Origin: Methanotrichaceae archaeon
GTDB lineage: Archaea > Halobacteriota > Methanosarcinia > Methanotrichales > Methanotrichaceae
Direction: 5' to 3'
DNA length: 64,000 bases
Assembly (NCBI GenBank): GCA_963803145.1
Contig: CAWDLW010000020.1
Coordinates: 153,515 to 217,514, forward strand
Shown: one piece after another, positions 20,150 through 29,400 of the stretch
How positions within the stretch are numbered: position 1 is the first letter of the stretch
How the letters are laid out: every line of letters starts with the position of its first letter
Notes under the pieces: generated by a model
What the model was told of the DNA's origin: nothing
What the model saw: the letters and a program-made list of their open reading frames with translations, nothing else
Databases searched by the model: none
Program-made: the position numbers and the translations under genes

Positions 20150-21103
20150 TCACATCCCTATTGATAGCTTCAGGGGTATCAGCACTTGGTCGATTTCGTA
20201 AATTATTCCATTGCTGTATCTCTTGGACTTAAGCACTTTAGCGCCGCCAACAATTCCTGCCTTAGTATCTATCGCAAGCGAAGACCCGTCAAGAGTCTTG
20301 ACGGATGAAGCGTCGGTATTGTTGAGGACTGCTCTGCTCTCCACTATGTGATAGCTCAGCAAGGTCATCATATTGTCTTTATTTGAGCTTATTGATTTCA
20401 TCGTTGCAGCAGGAACCTTTGAGAAAGCAGCATCGCTTGGGGCGAAGATTGTATACGGTCCTCCGCCAATAGCGCCCAGGCCGAACAATCCCTGGCCGTT
20501 GAGGTTATCGACGAGACCTGCAGACTGGATATCACCTGCGAATGTTTTTATGTCTTTCAATTTATTCGCTGCATCTACGAAGCTCATGCCTGCGCCCTTT
20601 TGCTTGGGCATCAGCACTTTATCGATGACATATATCGTGCCGTTATCGTAATTCTTGACCTGCAGCACATTTGCACCGTTCACCTTTAGGCCGCCTGTCG
20701 AGTTCAGGCTGAGGTTCTCTCCTTCCAGGGTTTCCACCGAGGAAAGACTGCTTAAATTGCCGAGAGTTCCATCATTCCAGACGACATGATAGCTCAGGAC
20801 TCTCTTCAGATCAGTCTGGTTCTCCATAAGGTTGCTCAGGTCTCCGGGGGCCAAAGCTGCAAAGGCGGCATCGCTGGGAGCGAATACAATAAAAGAGCCA
20901 TTGCCAATTATTAGAACCCCTTGGTTGTTCAAAGTCTCAGACATATTGGCATTCTGGACCGCCGTTGAGAACGTGGTTAGGTTCAGAGCCTTCGATTCAT
21001 CTAGAATGCCATTGCTCGCTGTTGCACTACCCGCTGCCGTAGCCAGGCCTGCAGAAAGCAACGCAGCTGCTAATATTAATAAAGTTACTTTGGTTGAAGC
21101 CAT
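20150..21103 (-). CDS. Secreted protein with two fasciclin (FAS1) domains
   Basis: FAPSDAAF, LSYH(V/I)V and NG.IY.ID.VL each occur twice; signal peptide. Confidence 0.92.
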   Translation of the reverse strand: MASTKVTLLILAAALLSAGLATAAGSATASNGILDESKALNLTTFSTAVQNANMSETLNNQGVLIIGNGSFIVFAPSDAAFAALAPGDLSNLMENQTDLKRVLSYHVVWNDGTLGNLSSLSSVETLEGENLSLNSTGGLKVNGANVLQVKNYDNGTIYVIDKVLMPKQKGAGMSFVDAANKLKDIKTFAGDIQSAGLVDNLNGQGLFGLGAIGGGPYTIFAPSDAAFSKVPAATMKSISSNKDNMMTLLSYHIVESRAVLNNTDASSVKTLDGSSLAIDTKAGIVGGAKVLKSKRYSNGIIYEIDQVLIPLKLSIGM

Positions 21104-21365
21104 GCTTAACCTCCACTCCTTAAATTATAGAGTAGGTAGCTTATCTAGGAAATATAAATCTTTCCACATGCGATTATGTATTATTGAATATATTCTCCTA
21201 AGCGCCCTGAGGCTTATTGGTCATATAAATCGTATTGCCAAATCTATGCTCGATTCTATAATAGAATGCATTGAAGGAGATCTCCAGCATTCTTTATTGT
21301 CTTCGTTGAGCATTCAAACGCCAAGGCCGAAATTTTGAATACCTACGCGTGCCTAAGAGATTCCT

Positions 21366-22370
21366 GTGAGGCTTTACCTAGCTATAGCGATTCTGCTGCT
21401 ACTGGCCAATATTGCACAGGCGCATGTTCCGCTGTTCCCGGAAGGGAATGAGAATATATCTTCAGCCATGCTGATATCAGATCCGGGGAAATCGTGGGCT
21501 ATCTATAGCACCATAAGCCCAGAAAGGCCGCAATATTATTCGTTTTATATGGACAAAGGCAAAGAGATTCTGCTAACGCTCCTAAAGACTGCAAACCCGA
21601 CGGAAAAGGGCTTTGAACCAAATATGGCGCTTCTTGGGCCTGGGCTTAATTCCACGGGCACGCTTCCGAGTCATGTGAATATCCCCAAAGGCTATGGAGT
21701 CATCACTGTAAAAAGCAACAGCTCTGATCAGGCCGTTTATGAGCCCTTTGGGCCTAGCAGCTACTATCAGCAATCGGATCTTGATATAGCAGCCCCCGAA
21801 TCGGGCATGTATTATGTAGCGGTTTACAGCAACAATAATAGGAGTAATGTAAGTAGCAGTATGATCGGCCATTACAGTCTGGCCATAGGCTATCGCGAAG
21901 AGTTCACCTTTGCAGAGAGGATTCTTACACCACTAAGACTTATATCAGTATATCAGTGGGAAGGACAAAGCCTGTCTACAATATTGATGCCCATACTTGT
22001 AGCTTTTCTCATAGGGTTATTCGTCATCTGGCGCAGCACCATTCGGACTCTCTTTTATAGAGCAGGCACTTTGGCTGGTTTCCTAATCCTCGGTACAGGC
22101 GCAACAGTGCTTTCCCAGATGGCCTTCAGCCTGATCCGTGCACCTGCAGGATCAGAGGTTGCTATAACAGTTCTATTGGCAATCATCCCTGTAGTTCTCG
22201 GCGTTGTTTCATTGCGTTTATCACGAGGCGAGGCAGGAATTCTTCAAAGGGTTATGATGGCGGTCATAGGAACTATAGCTCTATTGGCCGGGTCCGGACT
22301 GATAGCGGGGCCTCTGCTGGCAATAGCTGCGAGCGTGCTGCCGTCGAGAAAAAGTGAATCTGCAGCCTAA
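21366..22370 (+). CDS. Secreted beta-domain plus multi-TM membrane protein
   Basis: Signal peptide (AQA-HVP), YEPF motif and several C-terminal TM segments. Confidence 0.75.
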   Translation: MRLYLAIAILLLLANIAQAHVPLFPEGNENISSAMLISDPGKSWAIYSTISPERPQYYSFYMDKGKEILLTLLKTANPTEKGFEPNMALLGPGLNSTGTLPSHVNIPKGYGVITVKSNSSDQAVYEPFGPSSYYQQSDLDIAAPESGMYYVAVYSNNNRSNVSSSMIGHYSLAIGYREEFTFAERILTPLRLISVYQWEGQSLSTILMPILVAFLIGLFVIWRSTIRTLFYRAGTLAGFLILGTGATVLSQMAFSLIRAPAGSEVAITVLLAIIPVVLGVVSLRLSRGEAGILQRVMMAVIGTIALLAGSGLIAGPLLAIAASVLPSRKSESAA

Positions 22371-22637
22371 CTTTCATTTGACTCTTGATGTTGCTCCAAT
22401 TTAACCTATGCTTGAAATAAAATACAGGAAACATTAATAGAATTCTGAAAACATAAGCTTTAATTAGTGAGAAATTGATTGGCGATTCATGGTAGGGATG
22501 GATAGCCCAAACTTAGGCCTAGTTAGCTGGGCAGTTAAGTCTCTTATAGCTGAAATTATTTTGCCTAATCACATTCTAAGATTAGCTTGCCAAAGTACTT
22601 CCTTTGAGAGGAAAGCTATCCTTGTGAGGCGATTGGT

Positions 22638-23426
22638 TTGAGTATAGTGGGAAAGTTTTCGTTTGTCACTATAATTTACCTACTATTAATATCTTGTACA
22701 GTATTATTAATGCAATCTGGAGCCGAGAACCAAAATCAACCGCCGAATATTCTCAGCTTAAGTCCTGATATGCCGAGCCCCCAGCAGGTAGGAGCGGTTA
22801 TAACTTGGCGCGCAATAGCCTCTGATCCGGAAAACGATCCAATCTATTACAGGTTCTCAATAGACGGCCCTCAGACAGGAGGCCAATGGAAAGTTATACA
22901 AGATTGGAGCCTGAGCAACACCTGGTCTTGGAAGGCTGGAGATAGTGATGCAGGAAGTTCTAATATCCAGGTGGAGATCCGAGATGGGAAACGCGGAGGC
23001 CCCTCCGATATAGATGCATTCAAAGAATATGATAATTACCAAATTATACAAAACCGGCCTGCCAACTTGAACGTAGAAGTGGCTAACGATGTCTATTCCG
23101 ATAAGGATCGCGTTGTATACTATTGCCAGGAAGGGAAGGACTTCTACGTTAAGAACAGAATCTATCTGACCGGACCTGATCTGAATAAGGTAAAGAGCGT
23201 GAAGTACGTTCTACATCCATCCTTCCCGAATCCTGAACAAATCTCTGAAGATTCAAGCAATGATTTTGAAATATGGATATGGACCTGGGGGAAATTCCCT
23301 GTAAAGGCTATAATTACTACCAAGAGCGGCCAGCAGTTTGAGAAGGATTATGATTTTTCATTCAAATCCAAGTTTGAAGAGGCGCAAAGAATGGGAATAC
23401 CCCAAGTTAGTAATTGTGAGGATTGA
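22638..23426 (+). CDS. Secreted Ig-like plus prokaryotic YEATS-like domain protein
   Basis: ASDPENDPIYYRF...QDWS..NTWSW Ig-like domain; VKSVKYVLHPSFPNP...FEI...TWGKF YEATS signature. Confidence 0.8.
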   Translation: MSIVGKFSFVTIIYLLLISCTVLLMQSGAENQNQPPNILSLSPDMPSPQQVGAVITWRAIASDPENDPIYYRFSIDGPQTGGQWKVIQDWSLSNTWSWKAGDSDAGSSNIQVEIRDGKRGGPSDIDAFKEYDNYQIIQNRPANLNVEVANDVYSDKDRVVYYCQEGKDFYVKNRIYLTGPDLNKVKSVKYVLHPSFPNPEQISEDSSNDFEIWIWTWGKFPVKAIITTKSGQQFEKDYDFSFKSKFEEAQRMGIPQVSNCED

Positions 23427-26400
23427 TGCTCCTCAAGCTTAGTCTTTTTTCTCAAGCGAAAAGGAATTCAAAGGCTTTAGGGTTATTACTAGTTATCATA
23501 TGTCTCTTATCGATCGGTCAAGCGAATGCAACATGTTCTGTTTCGACTGATAAGTCTCAATATAACCTAGGAGAAACTGTAACATTTCAATTCTCCGTAG
23601 ATTGTGATTGTACTGCCAGTCTGGCGATTGTTTTGCCAGATGGTAGCGGCGGTGTCTTTTATTCTGAGGACGTTACTGCTGGCACACATCAAACATCTGG
23701 CACGGCCTCAGAACCATGCGGAACACACACGGTGATTTTAAAGGTATCGTGCAACGGAGGGGTTCCAAATAAACCCAAACCTAACTACTATCTCGCTGAT
23801 TCTAGCAGTTCGAACTCATGCGAAGCAGAGTGTACCTATGATGTAATTTGTCCTCAACCATCCGGATGCACAGAGACCTATCGATGCAATAATAACGTTG
23901 CCGAAAGGCTATGTTATCAGAACGGAAACCAATATTGGCAAGTCTCTGATGACTGTAACGCCTACAGCCCCCAGCGACAATGCGTTAATGGTAACTGCGT
24001 AGATGTTACTCCGCCCCAACCATCCTGTAATCAACAGGCTTGCCAAAGCAAAAGTGGCCCTATTGACCAGCCTTATATTAGAGATGGCAAAATGTACCAG
24101 AGGTACAGGGAGTGCAACTGTGTTGGAGGCAATTGTCAGTGCAGCCAAGTTGAAAAGGAGGTGCCCTGTACAGGCATAATCTCCGGCAAAGTAACAGATT
24201 CTTCAAGTGGCACGCCGATATCTGGCGCATCGATTGTTATTGGTAGTTGGTCCGGTACAACTAATGCCAACGGTGCATTCAGTAGTTACCAGGCATTCTG
24301 TCCGTCTACAACTTATGTGCTAACATGTTCGGCTCAGGGTTACGTGCCCATCAGCCAGGATGTAGTAACTGACGGAAACGGAAATGCATACGTTCCTCTA
24401 ACCCTTCAGCTGTCGTGCTCAGGCACAATCTCTGGTCATGTCTCCGATATCAATACTAAGTCTCCAATCCCTGGAGCAACATTATTAATCTGTCCAAGCG
24501 GAGGCGACTGCTGGTCTCCTCCACCTGTAGATTCAACAGGACTTTATAGCTCAGGCGGAAAGGCTTGTCCTTCAACTACCTATGATGTAACCTGCTCTGT
24601 AGAAGGCTATAAGTCATCCACCCAAACTGTAACTACGGATAATAAAGGGAATGCATGGCAGGATTTCAAACTAGAGCCCAATTGTCAAGGCGAGATCTCT
24701 GGGCACGTTTCCGATTTTGAAAATAAATCTCCTATAATAGGCGCAACCTTATTGATATGCAAGAAAGGTGGAGATTGCTGGTCTCCTGCACCGGTAGATT
24801 CAACGGGGTTATACAGCTCAGGGAAGCAGGTATGTCCCTCGACCAGCTATGATCTAACTTGCTCTGCAGAAGGCTACAATTCTTCTACCTTATCCGTAAC
24901 CACTGATGATAAGGGAAACGCATGGCAAGACTTCAAATTGAAGCGCAATTGTCAGGGCATATTATCCGGCAAGGTACTCAATTCAATCACCAATGAACCA
25001 GTCCAAGGCGCTAATCTGCTAATCTGCCAGAATGGGAAGTGTTTTGATCCAGTTATCACCGATTCTTCAGGCCAATACACCTTGAGCGGACTATGTCCAT
25101 TGACCGATTATGAGATAACCTGCTCCGCTGAAGGTTACAAGACTTATGAGAATACGGGTACAACAAAAGATGATGGAAACTCACTGCATGAGATCCTCTT
25201 AGAGCCTGATTGCCAGGGTACGATTTCCGGCAAGGTGCTTGATGCTACTACCAAAGCCACTATCCAGGGGGCTAATCTACTAGTTTGCACGAACGGAAAG
25301 TGCATGGACCCGGTTATTACTGATTCAGAGGGTCAGTTTAGCTTGAGCAAGGTTTGTCCTTCGATAAGCTACGATATAACCTGTTCTGCATCTGGTTACA
25401 TAACTTATCAGAGCACAAACACCACAGATGATAAAGGCAACTCGCTCCATGAAATCCTACTTGAGCCTGAATGCAAAGGCGCGATTTCCGGCAAAGTTCT
25501 AGATGGTCTAACCAATAATCCCGTTCAGGGAGCAAGCATAACGATTTGTCATAGTGGAAAATGCTCCGATCCAGTAACTACCGATTCAGCAGGCCAATAT
25601 AGCTTCAATAAAGGTTGTCCATCGAGCGATTATGAGATAACCTGTTCTGCTTCAGGCTATCAAACATACAAGAATACAGGCAAGACTGATGAAAAAGGAA
25701 ATTCATTACATGAAATTCTTCTGGAGAGAGAGCTAACAATTAAAGTCTGGACCGATAAAACGGAATACAAAGCAGGCGAAGAAGTAACTATCCATTACGA
25801 GACCAGCATTGAGAGCGCTGGTCGCAGGATATCCATTACTTCTACAGGGTCCCAGACACCTCCATTCAATCAGGTATTTGGGGAAAATACATTCGCAAAG
25901 GAAAAGAGCGGAACTAGAAAGTTCACCCCAAATAAGGCTGGAACATACGAGATAAAGCTTGAAGCTTGGACGGATAACGATAAAAAAGAAGATCAATGCA
26001 CGATTACCGTATGCGGTGGAACCATATCCGGCAAAGTATTGAACTCGCTTACCAACAAGCCAGTCCAAGGAGCAACGATAGCAATATGCATAAATGGAAA
26101 TTGCTCAAAGCCGATTGTTACCGATGCCTCAGGACAATATAGTTCGAACGGATTCTGTCCCGCAATCAATTACGACATAACATGCTCTGCAAGCGGCTAC
26201 CAAACTTACAAGGGATCGAGCTATACAGATGAGAGTGGAAATTCTCTGCATGAAATCCTGTTAGAGCCTGAATGCAAAGGCACTATTTCGGGCAAGGTCC
26301 TGAACTCACATACTAATAAGCCTGTTCAAGGTGCTACTATCACCTTCTGCGTTAACGATAAATGCCTAGATCCAGTAACAACTGATTCAGCAGGCCAGTA

Positions 26401-29400
26401 TAGCAAGAACGGCTGTCCTTCAACAAGTTACAATGTGACCTGCTCAGCCCCAGGCTACAAGGACAATCAGGGAGTGACTAATACCGATGGGAATGGAAAT
26501 GCAGTCTATGAGATCCAGCTTGAACCAGAATGCAAGGGTACTATATCCGGCAAGGTCCTCAACTCTTTGACTAATAATCCCGTTCAGGGGGCTAAGATAA
26601 CAATTTGCCAGGATGTATATAATAAATGTTCAGATCCAGTGATTACCGACTCTTCAGGTCAGTTCGTTTACTCAAAAGGCTGTTCTGTAATGGGCTATAA
26701 GATAACCTGCTCTGCAGACGGCTATAAGACCTATCAGGACTCGAGCAATACAGACGATGACGGGAATTCTCTACACGAAATTCTCTTGGAGCCTGAAGGC
26801 CAAGGGGCAATATCGGGCAAGGTCCTGAACTCACTTACCAATAAGCTTGTCAAGGGTGCAACTGTCACTATCTGCGTGAATGGAAAGTGCTTGGACCCTG
26901 TAACAACCGATTCGGCTGGCCAATACAGCAAAAAAGGTTACCCATCTATTGATTATGAGATAACTTGTTCTGCCTCGGGTTATCAGAACTATACTAACAC
27001 TGGCAAGACAGACGAGAAAGGAAACTCTCTACATGAGATTCTCTTAGAACCAAATTGCCAGGGTACAATTTCAGGTAAAGTTCTCAACAGCCGGACAAAT
27101 AAACCCGTTCAGGGAGCGAGCGTTAAAATTTGTCAGAGCAGCAGATGCTCAGATCCCATAACTACTGATGAAGCTGGCCAATACAGCATGAATAAGGGTT
27201 ATCCTTCGGTCGATTATAATATAACCTGCACAGCTCAGGGTTACATAACATATCAAAAGACTGGCGTAACTGACGATAAGGGTAACTCATTGCATGAGAT
27301 TCTGCTTGAACCCAATTGCAATGGCATGATCTCAGGAAAAGTGATTAATGGGCTCACAAATAAACCAATTCAAGGAGCTAGCGTCAAGATTTGTCAATAT
27401 GGAAAATGTTCAGACCCGGTTATTACCGGTTCTTCAGGTCAATATAGCTTTAATAAGGGTTGCCCATCCATAAGCTACAATATAACCTGCTTAGCTAAAG
27501 GCTATAAGGATTATAGTGATACAGGCATTACAGATGATAGCGGAAATTCTTTAAACGAGATACTGCTTGAGCCTGATTGCTCAGGCAAGATATCTGGTAA
27601 AGTTCTCGATGGCCTGACAAACAAACCTATTCAGGGTGCAAGCATCAAGGTATGTCAGAGCGGCAGATGCTCAGATCCTGTTACTACCGATTCAGCAGGC
27701 CAGTATAGTTTGAATAAGGGTTGTCCTTCCATCGATTATAATATAACTTGTACGGCTCAGGGCTATGAGACTGTTACAGAGCCAGGAAACACGGACGAAA
27801 AGGGCAATTCACCTCATGATTTCCTCCTCGAACCAATTTGTGACGGCACTATATCTGGTAAAGTGCTGGATGGCCAGACCAACTTGCCGGTTCAAAGCGC
27901 AAGTATTAAAATTTGTCAGCACGGAAGGTGCTCTGATCCAGTCATTACCGACTCTTCAGGCCAGTATAGCTTTAATAAAGGTTGTCCTTCGATCGACTAT
28001 AATATTACATGTACAGCTCAGGGCTATGAGACTGTTACAGAGTCAGGAAACACAGACAATAAGGGTAACTCGCCTCATGATTTCTTATTAGAACCTAGTT
28101 TAGCGCTTAAAATTTCGACCGATACAACAGAGTATAAAACAGGCGAAAATGTAATTATCCATTATGAGACGGGCGTTGAGAATGCCGGGCGAAGAATAAC
28201 TGTCATGGAACAGGGAACAAAAACAACGCTATTCACTAAGACATTCGGCGAAAACGACTTTCAGAAAGAGAAGAGCGGAACCAGGAATCTTACTATTGAT
28301 AAACCTGGAACTTATATGGTTAAACTAGAAGCTTGGACCAGCAAAGAACACAAGGATGCCAGCTGCAAATTCAATGTCTCAGAGAAAGATCTAGCCCTCA
28401 AGATATGGACAGATAAAACAGAGTATAAAGTGGGCGATGAGGCGACCATTTACTATCAGACTGGTGCTGAGAATGCTGGTCGCCGAATAATAGTTAGCTT
28501 AAATGGAACGCCTGTTACGACATTTGGAGAGAATAACTTCCCCAAGGAAGCAAACGGAACTAAGAAACTTACTTTGAATAAATCCGGGGCTTACACTGCC
28601 AAGCTGCAAGCATGGACCAGTAAGGAAAGCAAGGATGCAAGCTGTGAGTTCAATGTAGTTGAAAATAGGCAGCCAATCATAATCTCCATAAGCGCATCGC
28701 CTAAATCACCTCAGCAGCTATTTACCATTAAGACGATTGGCATAGTGCTAGTTCTAACTAAAGCGTCAGATCCTGATAATGACTCGTTGCAGTACAAGTT
28801 TGAGCTACGAAAGAAGGGCGAGGATTTCAAAGTAACACAGGATTTTAGCGCTATGCCATTATGGATATGGGAACCGCAAGATTCTGGAGAGTATGAGATT
28901 AGAGGAACGGTTACTGATGGTAAATCTGAAGTTAATCAGATAATAAATTATAGTATTATTAATAGGCCGCCGGTTTTCTGGATGAGCTTAGAGCCTCCAA
29001 TTCAGGCTCAAGTCGGAACAAAAGTGAACTGTTCAGTAACAGCTTTTGACCTGGATAGTGATACAATCCAATTCAAATTCTGGCTAAAAGGTCCATCGAC
29101 GAATAACCAGTGGCAGGCAAAGACTGACTGGATAAGCATACCTACTGATGGCTTTTTCAGCGATTATACATGGAACTGGATGCCAGGGCCTACAGATGTT
29201 GGGAAGAATGAGATAGACGTTTGGGTTAGAGATGGCAGCCATGCAGGCCCTGATGCATATGATGCGCATAATGTGTCTTCATATGAAATAGTAAATACGA
29301 CAGGACCAAATGGTGCTCAATTTGAAATAACTTCGCTAAAAGCATTACCACAGTCTCCGCAGGAACTATTGAAATCGCCCAAAATAATGTGTTCTATTCA

